Below, in pieces: positions 12,458-24,463 of a DNA stretch of 64,000 nt; positions within the stretch are counted from its first letter, which is position 1; each line of letters starts with the position of its first letter. Source of the DNA: Azolla caroliniana (Eukaryota > Plantae > Polypodiophyta). The notes under the pieces are model-generated. The model saw nothing but the letters and a program-made list of their open reading frames with translations, was not told where the DNA came from and did not search any database. Position numbers and translations under genes: made by a program. The stretch spans positions 13,239,372 through 13,303,371 of the forward strand of contig JBHGNT010000021.1 in NCBI GenBank assembly GCA_043228905.1. Direction: 5' to 3'.

Positions 12458-15400
12458 TCATTCCTCTTTTAAGATGTCGAGGATGTTTTCGGGGTCCGGG
12501 GTGCTGGCAGGGTGGTCTGGTTGGACTGTCGATGCCGGGGGTTGAGTTTGGTCCGGGGGTGTCATATCTTCTCGGGCGTCCACCTCAGGTGCGGCCGATT
12601 CTTCTGGTGGGGATGTGGGTTCGAGGGCCCTGACCTCTACTTCGATTGGATCTGGTACCGTGTGGGCATCCATGGGATATTTGTTGGCCGGGGCAAGTTC
12701 CTCCTGTGCCGTGTCCGTGATCCCCTCGCTGGAAGGTTCTTCCTTCTACTCTGTGGCCGTTGGAGGGCTGGTGGGGATGGCTGCGAGTCATTCTCGTTCG
12801 AAGGCTTCTGCTTCCAGGCGAAACAACATCTGACCGTCATTGATGTCCTCTAGTATTTGCTCGATTGCCGCAGTGTGAGATTTTGCCAAGGACTGGTAAT
12901 CCTCGGTTAAATCTGCACGCAGGTTTTGTATGCTGGCTTCGTCCATTTTGTAAAAGCCGCAGCCCTCCTTCCGTCGGTTCTCGGCGTCGGCGCGTAAAAT
13001 ATGCAATTCGGCAGCTTGGGCTACCCATTCGTCTCCTGCGCGACTTAATGTTTCCTCGACCTTTTTGGTAAGGTGTTGGCGCTGTTTCTTGATCAGTATT
13101 CTGATGCATGTCTCATCCATGCCGTGCTGTGCTCGGATGGCTGCTAATTCCTGTTTTAAGCCGTCGACCTCGGCCTGAAGCTTCTTTGCTAGTAGTTCAT
13201 AGGTGGCTTGAGTGTTCTTTGCATCCGCGGTTACGAGCTGGATAGACTGCTCGTAATGCTTGGTGAGTTCTTCGGTAGCTTTCTCCCATTCTTTTTGACA
13301 CGCGGCCCAGACTTGTTCCCGTTCGATGATTCTCTCTTCTTGTAGGGCGAAGTAGGAATAAGATAATTCGTCTTTTTGCTCCGAAAGTAGCTTGCATTTG
13401 ATAAAAAACTCGTCAGCCATTTCTTTAAGGGTCGTACGCTGACTCTACAACTCAGCATTCTCCGCGATCATTCTCTCCTCCCGTTGGCGATTTCTTTCCT
13501 CCTGTCGGTGGTTCAAGTCTTTCGCATTGTCGAGCGCGGCCTGTAGGTCTAGGACCTCCTTCTCTTTCTTTGCCACTGTGGCTGCGTATTCCTCCAGCTT
13601 GCTTTTGAGTTCGGCTTCTTTGCCCGCGGCTTGAGCTTGTACCCGGCCCAATGCTTTGTTCTGCTCGTGTATCCTTTGGTCGGCCTGGGCTCTAATCTCG
13701 GCCATCTGCTTGGAAGCTTCTTCTTTTAGGCGAGCCATCGCCTCATGATGCCATTGTTCGTGTCTCTCGGTTCGTCATTGTTCTTCTTTAAGCTCCGCTC
13801 GGTAATCCCGGAGCGGGGGTTCTGTCTGGGTTTCCACCTCCTTGGGTGGACGAGGGGGTGGTATCTCGGTCTTCTCCATGGGTGTGGCTGCCTCGGTTGT
13901 TGTGCAGGCATCGACCATTTGTAATGAGTCCGTTTGTGTGCTGCCCTGAATCGTCAGGATTGAATCTGTGACAGTGCTTTCATCCATCATTGTTATGCGT
14001 GGAGGGGCTGGGAGGGCCTCGGTGGTCGTGACCGGAAGCGGCCGATTTTGCTCCCAGGCTGCCAGCTTCTGTTTTGCAGCGTGCCATAATTCCGTAGCCA
14101 TCTTAGCCTGTTTTTGGGATATTTTTATCTTTCGGGCCATGTCTTTGGCTGCTCGCGTAGTGCGATCCAGGTCCCTATATGCCTCGATAAGGGCCGTGTT
14201 CAACTCGGGGACCTCCATGAGGAGAGTGGCCTGTTTTGCCTGCTTCTTTCTCCCTATTTTTTGTAAAGCCCTATCGTCCTGGGGCTCAATTTCACCCAAT
14301 AGTGCGCGTTCAATCATTTTTGTTTCGGCGTGCTCTTCCGCCATTCGAGCGGCTGCCGTGACTTGGGCTCTAGCGAGGAAGTAGACCAACTCGAATGTCG
14401 TACCGAGGCGTAGGAGCGCACTAAATTCATAAGCCTACACGGGGAGGTCTTTATACCCGAGGACTTCATCCTCCGAGATGTGCGTTGTCTACCCATGCTC
14501 GATCTTTCCCTGGTTCAACGATGCCTCCTCAGGGATGATGGCCAGGTTGCTCTGTCTGACAACTAAGGCTTGCTCTTGTTGTGGCTCTTTCTGTTCTGTC
14601 GAGGACTCGCAGTTGAGTCGTCTTCTCTTGCTCAGCTGTGTTTGGGGTTCCGGGGCCGGTAGTGTCGTTTCCTCCGCCTACTTCCTTTTCTGGGGTCGTG
14701 GTGGTGCTGCTTGCTATGTGTTGGGGCATGCGCTAGGCCTTGGGGAAGTTACCGAGGGGCGCAATGTTGGCTGTGGAATGGTGACATCATCTGCCGTGTT
14801 GTCCTCCGCGGCTATCTCCTCCTCCCATTCTTGGCAGGTCTCGGAAACTTCCCTTTTTTGTTGGGGTTGGGTGGGTGGTGGTGCAGATGCGGGGTTTTGG
14901 TTGGCGGTAGGAGGTGAAGGAGATGTGGGTTCCTCCCATGCTTCGTGGTTGATGGCAACGAATTTCTCTCTCTGCGTTCGTGGTGGTGGTGGGGACGTGA
15001 GTGTGCGAGGGGAAGGAAGAGAAGAGGGTGGGTATAGAACCATCAAAAAGTGGGTAAGAATAGACAACATCTTCTTACCGAACTGGAATGAAGTTAAGGC
15101 GGCGCGGAGTCCTTCGCCTGTGATGATTCCCCAATCGATTTTGTTTCCTTCATACGCGCTGATGATGATGGCTGCCTTGTTCTACGGCATGCTCGTCGGG
15201 TTCATATGCACGAACGCTTACTCCATCAATATACGAGCAATCTCCCCGAAAGCTCTGTTGGGACCGCCATACGTGCGATATGCCTTGCCTGAGGCTGAGT
15301 ACTCACCGAAGTACTCTTTCATCTTCAATGCCGGGGGTATGTCGACCTCATGGTCCCCTCCCCGTTGCAGGTCCAAAACAGCCCGAAGCACGTTGTTGGT

Positions 15401-15535
15401 GATGGCTTCGGGACAAATACGTTTAGCCACACCTTGGGCATCTGGGTGCGGGGGGGCATCGATGATCTTCAGGTAACCGCCCATTCCTCGTTCCTGGAGC
15501 TAGGCGCGGGTTTCTGTTGAAGCGGTAGGAGGCAT
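12458..15535 (-). pseudogene. Extra (env-position) ORF of Gypsy C, ~1000 codons: globular N-terminus, Pro/Thr linker, long coiled coil; fragmented
   Basis: Chain of same-strand ORFs 15218-15484, 14714-15070, 13775-14389, 13445-13738, 12788-13420 and 12458-12673. ATG at 15535. E/K/Q/A-rich heptad-like sequence. Confidence 0.75.
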
Positions 15536-16057
15536 GGTGGAGATGGAGACGGGGTTTGACTGTGTGGAAGAGTGAAGAAGAGTGATGAGACGAGGGCGAG
15601 ACAGAGCAGGAACAATAGGAAGGGGAAGTTCAGCAGAGGGGCTATGAGAGCGAAAGCAGGCTTGAGAGCAAGAGCGTTTAGAGCGATGAGAGCGAGACGG
15701 GGTTTCTGAGCTTGAGAGCGATGGAGATTGGAAGCGATAATGAACTTCTGTGTCTGTGCTGCGTTTTGGAAACGGTTTTAGTAACTTACTCCTAGGGTTT
15801 TGTGCCTAAAGCGAATCCTGAAGATTCTGAGTCGTGGGTGCCATAATAAGTGACTAGCACCACGTGTCCTGAAGGTGAGTGGGGTGCTTCTAGTGCTTTG
15901 CATGTGCTTAAATAGGTAGTAAATGAGTGGTGGCGAGGGATGCTCCTAAATTTGTGGGTGCCTAGGTGGGTGGTGTAAGTGTAGCTAATCGGTGGCTAAA
16001 CTATGGTTAATCCTACCTACTACTACTTTCATTAATTTCAAGAAGGTGGGTGAGTCC

Positions 16058-18536
16058 TTATTCAGGGGGACACGTGGCCTCCTCCATGGTGGTTTCCCGA
16101 AACGGGTTGGGTGGTGTAGTGCCTCGATATGGTCGAAGTCGGAAACCATTGGCCCAGCTTTTGACAGTGTCGCCGGTGAGTGTGCCGAGCTGGAACGTCC
16201 CGTTGAACTCGTCGATAATCCAGAATGGACCGGTCCACCGAAATCTTAATTTTCCCGGCATAGACCTGAGTTGTGTTTGAAAAAGAAGAACCGGTTTGCC
16301 AATGGTGAGCTCCTTTTCCAGCCCGTGTCGATGTCGATCCACGAAAGCCTTGCGTTGTCGTTGGCGTTGTTCGAGCTGGACCATACTCTCTATCCTATCT
16401 TCGCCGAGTTCGAGGAGTTGTTCCAACCGGTATTGCTCGGATTGGGCCTCGGGGAGCCGAGCTTTGATTTGAACTCGGAGGCTCGGGACTTGGAAATCTA
16501 CGGGCATTACGGCTTCTAACCCGAACGCCATTCGAAAGGGGGTTGATTGGATGCTTGTTTTGAAAGTCGTACGATACGCCCACAACGCACTCTGGAGTTT
16601 GTCATCCCAATCGGTCCTGTTTTCATTGACGATCTTCTTCAGTATGGTTTGGAGGATTTTACTGGTTGATTCCGCCAAGCCGTTCGCCTGCGAGTAGTAT
16701 GGTGTGCTTTTCTTGTGCACCACCGCGTAGTGGTGTGTAAGCTCACGTATTATATGATTGATGAAGTGCCCACCTTGGTCACTAACGAGCTCGATTAGGA
16801 ATCTGTAACGGCACCAGAGGTGCTCATACACGAATTTAGCCATGGATGTCGTCGTGTTGTCTTGGAGTGCCTTAGCCTCGACCCATTTGGTGCAGTAATC
16901 CGTGGCAACGATAATATACCTATTCCCTGTACGGGCCGCGGGTGGTTTGAAAGGGCCTACAAAATCCAAACCCCATTTTTGAAATGTGTCCAACGGAAGA
17001 ATCGGCTGGTGTGGCATGCGTGACTGTTCCATTGGTTGCCCCAGTCATTGGCACAAATCGCATTGCCGGCAAAACTCGTGAGCGTCTCTCTTCGTTGTCA
17101 GCCACCACAATCCACTTTGCCAAACTTTCCTTGCCGTGGAATCCCCGGGGTAGTGCCCCCCAGCTACTCCCTGGTGGGCCTCCTGAAGAACGACGCTCTT
17201 CTCGAATTGCCGAATCGCTCGGCGCCATATGCCGTCCGAGCCTTTGTGGTAGAGAATGTCCGAGAGAAGGCAAAAATTCTGGCTACGCACTGCTAGGCGT
17301 TTTCTCGTGTCAAGGGGCATGTGCTCGAGAGGTAAACCGGTAGTGAGAAAATGGGTCATCTCCATGATCCATTCATCTTCGTTATCGTCTGGTATCGTGG
17401 TCAGGTTAAATAGGCTGGCGTCTAGTAGCTCGTTGTACGTTGTTTTTGCCGGTTCCCCTGACTCAAGATAGCTCAAGTAGTTGGCGACGGCATGTTGTAC
17501 CCCGGGTCGATGCTGAATCTGGAAATCAAACTCTTGGAGTAGGAGCATCCACCGAGCCAACCGTCCGGTGAGGGCTTGTTTATTGACCAAATAAAGAAGG
17601 GCCGAGTGATCCACGTGAAAGGTAAATTTTCGGCCTAAGAAGTAATGCCGGAATTTATTGATGCTATAAATCATACCGAGGGCCTCCTGCTCGGTGATGG
17701 AGTAATTCTTTTCCGCGGTCGAGAGCCGTCAGCTGGCGTAGTACATGGGCCTATACCAATTCGGGGGTGTGCATTGCATCAGGGCACTTCCGATGGCGAT
17801 GTCTGAAGCATCTACGAAGACATGAAATGGTTCGGACCAAACCGGAGACTGGACCATAGGGGCATGTGATAGCATTAGTTTTAGGGTCTGATAGGCCGTG
17901 TCCTCGATTGACGTCCATTGGAAGGGAAGGCGATGGACTGCCGCGTGTAAAGGTGTCGCGAAATCGGCCAGGTGTCGTATCATTCGGCTGTGCCACCGGA
18001 TCTGTCCCAAAAAATGGCTTACTGTCTTAGCGTTCGAGGGTGTGGTGGCGGTCAGGATTGCCTTTACTTTATCCGGGTCCATAGCAATGCCTTCTTGACT
18101 GACAATGTGGCCGAGAAGGTTGCCGTTGGTGACTAAGAACGCGCATTTCGCCGGGTTTAAGCTCAATCGAGCTTGGCGACAACGGTCTAGGCAGAGTCGT
18201 AACTGGGTCATGTGTTCCCGTCGATGGCCATACACGGCGAAATCGTCGAGAAAGACTTGCATGAACGTCGGGATGTAGTCATGAAAGATTTCGGTGATGA
18301 TGCGCTGGAACGTAGCCGGCGCCGTTTTTAGACCGAACATCATTACTTCTGCTGCAAAAACACCCCATTCCGTGACGAAAGCAGTTTTCTCCTGATCCTC
18401 CAGGTGCATTCTTATCTGGTTATAACCGTTGAACTCGTCGAGGAAACTGTAGCATTCGTGGCCGGCTACCGTGTCGAGGACGTTGTCCGTGAATGGGAGA
18501 GGGAAACCGTCAGTGACTGTTGCCGCGTTAAGCTTC
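16058..18536 (-). pseudogene. Gypsy C RT (3' part), RNase H and integrase
   Basis: FPLPFTD, MFGLKTAPATFQR, VFLDD, FVDAS, H..H..CxxC, WGLDFVGP, QANGLAES and WTGPF motifs. Confidence 0.92.
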
Positions 18537-21500
18537 TGTTGAGCGGCAAGCTCAACCGGAGCCGGATCGGCTGAATAAGCCGGAGCCGGTAAGCGAGACG
18601 GATCGGGCGAAACGGATCGGTATGATGGTGAGCAACCGAACCGGCAAGCAGTGGAGGCCGGGTCCAATCCGTAACCGGAAGTCCAATCGGAAGCCTAGTA
18701 TAGGATAGAATACTAGGTAGCTATAGTCTCGTAGTAAGTGTCAGATGCTCGTGTGAGCATTGAAGTACATGGTACTTCTGTTAGTCCCAAGAGGACTTGT
18801 ATAAATAGTGTTACTTAGGACAGTGTGTATACAGAGTCTTGAAATAATTTTGAAATAGTGTTCTGCTCTCTCTGTCTCTCCCTCTCTCTCTCTCTCTCTG
18901 TGTTGTTCTCTGTTTTACGCTTCCGCAAACACTCACGTTTACATGGTATCAGAGCGCGAGGGTTGAGAACCTCCACTGCAGACATTTACTCTTGAGAAGA
19001 AAACCCTAACAGGTCGAAAACAGACACAATAGAAGACATGGATAGAGGCATGGCTACGTCGCTCCCGGTGGAGAAGCTCGACAGGAGCAACTACGCATCC
19101 TGGTCTTACAAGATGCACCAGTACCTGCTTGGACACGGGTACTGGAGCTATGTCGAAGGAGCGAATGATGCGGCGCCCGACTCGGCACACAAGGACTTCC
19201 TGGTATGGGAACAGGCGGCAAGCAGGGTGATGTACTGCTTCGCGTCCAGTGTCGGCGATCAGCTGCTTAGCCACATCTGTGACGCCAAGACACCGAAGGA
19301 TGCTTGGGGGAACCTGAAAAAGGTTTTCGCCGCAAGCGCCACTGCCCGAAAGCTGCAACTCAGACAGGAGTTGAGCAATGTTCGACAGAAGAACATGTCC
19401 GTGGCATACTACACAGGCCGGATAAAGGAGATCTGCGACTCGCTCGCCTCTATCAATGTTACTGTAGAGGAAGACAAAATGGTGTAGGTATGCCTCGGAG
19501 GCCTGGCGTCCAAGTTCGGAGGATTCCGGATTGCGGTGTGTACAAGGGAGAATAGCCCCTCATTCTTCGACTTACAGTCGATGCTCCTTGTAGAGGAGAA
19601 CCACGCCGGTGCATCTACCAGTGCATCCCCGGACAACCGAATGTTGTACACGGGAACGGATCGGCTCCGTGGGCGTGGTGGAATAGGTGGGTCGGCACGC
19701 AATGGAGGCGGCCGGCAAGAGCAGGAACGGAGGCACTATGAGCGTGCCGATAGCAGTTCCGGGACTTCCACAAGCAGGGGGAGTCAAGGCGGAGCCGAAG
19801 GCCGGCAAGACAAATCCGCTACGGAATGCTGGTACTGTGGCAAAAAAGGCCACAAGGGAGAGCGAGTGCTGGAGAAAGCGTGCCGATTCGGACAAATCCG
19901 GATACGGCAAGACCGGTAATGATGGTCGGCAAAACTTGCACTACGCAAACGGATCAGGAGGATCCGGAACCGGAAAGGCCGGTAAGGGGCCATCCTTGGT
20001 GATGAATCACAAGGCAAACTCAATGAAGAAGACCACTTCCAAAACGGAGGAAGTGTGGTATGTTGATTCGGGCGCATTGAACCACATGACAAGCCACAAA
20101 GAGTGGTTCTCCTTTCTGGAGAAACCAGATCAACCAGGAGTAGTCGAAACCGGAGACGACACTCCTCACCCAACCATGCACGTCGGAGAAGTCCCTCTAA
20201 GCCACGTCGAACAGAAAGGGAAGCTAATGAACGTATTACACGTTCTGACAATCACGAAGAACCTGGTGTCCGTCGGTCAGATTGTCGACCAGGGGATGCA
20301 GGTGCGGTTTACGCACCTCGGGTGCTTCATTGAGGATGAGGGCAAAGTCATTGCGCAAGGGCGCAGAGACGGGAGGATGTTTATCCTCAACACCAATGAC
20401 TTTGGCATCGCTCTGTTCACGAAACGACAGAAGGTCGAGTCGGACATCGACCTGTGGCACAAGCGGATAGGCCACGTCAACTACCGGAGGCTTCAAGACC
20501 TACAAACGAAACAAGTCGTTTTCGGTTTGCTGAAGTTCAGCGGCCGGAGAGCCGAAATTTGTGAAGCCTGCCAACTTGGGAAGCCACACCGGCTTCCATT
20601 CCCCACCGAATGGAACCGGAGCCGTAACAAGCTCGATCTCATCCATTCGGATGTGTGGAGACCGGCACAAAGGGTAAGCCTTGGCAGGAGCCGATACTTC
20701 GTCTCCTTTGTCGACGACTATACTCGACATACTTGGATCTACCTCATTGAGCGGAAGAGCGAAGTCTTCGATTGTTTCTGGAGCCTCCAGAAGATGGTGG
20801 AACGGGAATCAGAGAGGAGGATCAAATGCCTTCGGTCGGATGGCGGAAAGGAATATTTTTCCGGCCAATTCACTAGTTATCTACAACAGAAGGAAATTCG
20901 GCGAGAGTTCAGCTACAGATACACACCGGAGCAAAACGGTGTGGCCGAAAGGAAGAACTGGACACTTGTTGAAGCGGCAAGGGCAATGCTGGAGGAGAAG
21001 AGCATGCCCCGGTTCTACTGGGCGGAGGTGATCCGGACGGCCGCATTACTGACAAGGTGTCAGGTCATGAGCTGTATTTCGGGCGCAAGCCGAACTTAGG
21101 ACACCTTCGGATATTCGGCAACATAGCGTATGTGCATGTGCCGGATCAAAAGCGGAGAAAGCTGGATGCAAAATCGGAAAAATGCATTCTAGTCGGCTAT
21201 GCTCAAGAGCAAAAGGGTTAGAAGTGCTTTAACCCCCGGACGAAGGAAGTCCAAGTTAGCCGGGATGTCAAGTTCGATGAATCGGCATCCTGGTACTCCG
21301 TACCGACTCCGACTTCTGATCCTGACCCAATGCCGGAAGATCAGGCTAGTGAGCCTGAATTAGCCCTGGCAGAGGATGACGAAGCTGGGACTCAAGATGA
21401 GAGTCCGGAATCGTTACGATTGAGTGGACCGAACGAGCGACTAAGTCGGTTGGACCAGTCGGATGAAGAGACGGCAAGTGGTGGAGACTCTGCCGTGCTC

Positions 21501-24463
21501 TCCCCGCGCAAGGAACCGAGGAAACGGTTCACACGCAAAGAGAAGGGGAAGAGGAAGATGCCGGAATTCGAAACCGGCAACGATGAGTCGGATCGGTGCG
21601 TATCCGACTCCGGAAAGGAGAAAGGCGGATCTTCGGCAACGAAGACCGACCTGGCCAAGAAGGGCCTCAAATCAGGTGACGGTGCGTTGCGCCGATCAAC
21701 CCGCTAGAAGGATCCCGTCATACGGTACGGGTACAATGAATACATGGCGCATCATTATGCGTACATGACTAAGGTGACAGAAGTGCGTGAGCCAGAGAGC
21801 TACACAGAAGCGGCAGAGGACGCAAATTGGCGTGCCGCTATGGACAAAGAAATGCGGGCACTCGATGCCAATGAAACTTGGGACCTAGTTGATCCTCCCC
21901 GTCACTGTAAACCGATTGGATGCAAGTGGGTGTACAAGGTCAAGTACAACGCCGACGGTTTTGTTAACCGGTACAAAGCCCGGTTAGTGGCGAAGGGATA
22001 CGCGATCGACTACGACGAGACCTTTGCTCCTATGGCGAAGATGACGACGGTTCATGTGGTACTGGCGGTTGCTGCGGCAAGGGGGTGGCATCTTCACCAG
22101 ATGGATGTGAAGAACGCCTTCCTTCAAGGAGAGCTTGAAGAAGAAGTCTTTATGACTCAGCCCCCCGGATTTCACTCGGAGATGAACAAGTCGGCGGTAT
22201 GCCGACTGAAGAAGTCGCTTTACGGCTTGGAGCAAGCCCCCCGAGCTTGGAACGCGAAGATCACGCACCGGTTGCATAAGCTGGGGTTTGCTGTCTCTAA
22301 GTCGAACTCTTCGTTGTTCATCCGGCAAGGCTCTGACGGTCCGGTATGTATACTCTTGTATGTGGATGATTTAGTCATCACCGGACCGGGTCTTCCCGAA
22401 ATCAACCGCGTCAAGTTCTAGTTGTCGGACGCATTCGAAATGAAGGACCTAGGGGACCTTCATTATTTTCTTGGGATCGAAGTGATCCGGACCCCCGACG
22501 GCATATTGCTCTCACAACGACATTACGTGTTGAATATGCTGTATAAGTTCGGCATGACGGATTGCCGACCTGTCTCCACACCCCTGGACCGGAACCAGAA
22601 GCTCCGTCCCAACTCCGGACTTGCCTGCAATGAGAAACGGTTCCGACAGGTTGTCGGAAGCTTGATATACTTAACCATCACCCGACCCGACATCAGCTAT
22701 CCGGTCGGCGTGGTAAGTCAGTTCATGCAGAAGCCGACCGTGGAGCACCTTCAGTGCACGCAACGAATATTACGGTATGTCAGTGGCACTCAGGACCGGG
22801 GACTGCTATACCGGCGAGGTATACCCGCAGAACTTGTCGGTTACGCAGATGCTGACTGGGCTGGCGATGCGTCTGATCGCCGCTCTACTTCCGGATACAT
22901 GTTCTCCATAGGTAGCGCGGCCGTTGCGTGGAGTAGCAAGAAGCAGCCCATGGTGGCTTTGTCAAGCACTGAGGCTGAGTACCGGGCCGCTACCGTTGCC
23001 ACTTGTGAAGCCATCTGGCTTCGGCGACTACTGCGAGACTTGCGGATCGAGGTATCGACCCCGATCCCGATTTACTGCGATAACATTAGCAGCTTGCAGC
23101 TCGCCAGGAACCCTGTGTTCCATGCTCGCACAAAGCACATCGAGGTCCACTACCACTTCGTACGTGAGCGGGTCCTGAGCGGTGAAGTTGACCTACGGTA
23201 TGTTCAAACGGATCGGCAAGTTGCCGACATCTTTACCAAGCCGCTCGGATCGGACAAGTTGCAGCACTTTACCGACATGCTTGGTATTCAGCATCTCGAC
23301 GTGCCGCACTTGAGGGGGAGAAGCAAGGGCAAAGTCTCTACCGAAATGGGCAAAGGCCAAAAAACTGTTGAACCCGTCAGTAAGAGGAGAGCCGGAAGAA
23401 GAGGAGACAAGAAGATGAAGGAAGCCGAGTCGACGAAGGAAGTCGACACATCCGAACAGGTCGGAGCAAGCGGCTGTGAAGAAGAGTTGTGCACTCAGGA
23501 AGAGAAGTGCATGTTGTGCGGAGGTCATCACGACGGTATTGACCATGATGCGGAGTCAAATGAAGAATTTGATTTCAGTTCAGCGGCTGAAGAAGCCGAG
23601 GGAAGCATGGAGAAGGCCAAGACTCGGAAGTGGTCCGACGTGGTGAGAGGCCTGAAGCCGGAAGTCGAATCGGAGTGTACCGATTCGGACAAGAGCTGGA
23701 ACGAGTCGGAGACAGCCGACTCGGGTCAACAGATGGATCCGGATGAGTCGGATCGACTGAAGGCCAAGGGGACACGGACACAGCGGAAGTCGATGCCATC
23801 GTGGGAGAACCGACGGATCGGCAAGCGCCGGAGTCACAGCAACGTGAGTGCTGAGATGGGCCTATTGAGCAGACATGCCGACCGAGAGGGTCGAGGCGCG
23901 TAGAACCAAAGAGGTCGCGGCAAACGGGACCGGACCGGACGAGGAGCGCGAGCAAGGCGGAGTGACACCAGGAGAATTCGGTTGGAAGAACTGACTGCCA
24001 TAGAGGTCGACACTATGACCCCACCTCAGGTTGAGCTTGAGGGGGAGTGTTGAGCGGCAAGCTCAACCGGAGCCGGATCGGCTGAATAAGCCGAAGCCGG
24101 TAAGCGAGACGGATCGGGCGAAACGGATCGGTATGACGGTGAGCAACCGAACCGGCAAGCAGTGGAGGTCGGGTGCAATCCGTAACCGGAAGTCCAATCG
24201 GAAGCCTAGTATAGGATAAACTACTAGGTAGCTATAGTCTCGTAGTAAGTGTCAGATGCTCGTGTGAGCATTGAAGTACATGGTACTTCTGGCAGTCCCA
24301 AGAGGACTTGTATAAATAGTGCTACTTAGCACAGTGTGTATACAGAGCCTTCAAATAATTTTGAAATAGTGTTCTGCTCTCTCTCTCTCCCCCCCCCCCC
24401 CCTCTCTCTCTCTCTCTGTGTGTTGTTCTCTATTTTACGCTTCCCCAAACACTCACGTTTACA
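18537..24463 (+). mobile_element. Ty1/Copia LTR retrotransposon D (same family as A), full length but with stops and frameshifts
   Basis: LTRs at 18537-18943 and 24048-24463. PBS tggtatcagagc at 18944-18955 (tRNA-iMet). PPT at 24037-24047. Perfect TSD gcttc. Confidence 0.96.
19038..23903 (+). pseudogene. Copia D gag-pol polyprotein (gag, CCHC, PR, INT, RT, RNase H, C-terminal extension)
   Basis: CWYCGKKGH, WYVDSGA, LWHKRIGH, IHSDV, QNGVAER, LYVDD, DADWAG and HARTKHIEV motifs across ORFs 19038-23903. Confidence 0.93.

Noticed and set aside
14478-15476. 332-aa plus-strand ORF and many similar antisense ORFs in the track
   Set aside because: These are shadow frames of GC-rich retroelement coding or LTR sequence, with no recognisable motifs.
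17729-18667. 312-aa ORF with a novel N-terminus fused to RT
   Set aside because: The N-terminus is read from the antisense of the Copia D LTR across the insertion junction. ORFs 37861-38538 and 33146-33544 are similar junction artefacts.
19485-19487. Programmed stop read-through in gag (same TAG in D and H)
   Set aside because: CAG-to-TAG is the commonest decay mutation here and only two degenerate copies cover the site. Convergent deamination is the simpler explanation.
19840-19870. Programmed gag-pol frameshift in Copia D
   Set aside because: It falls inside the zinc knuckle, and Copia H is in one frame here, so it is a private 1-nt insertion.
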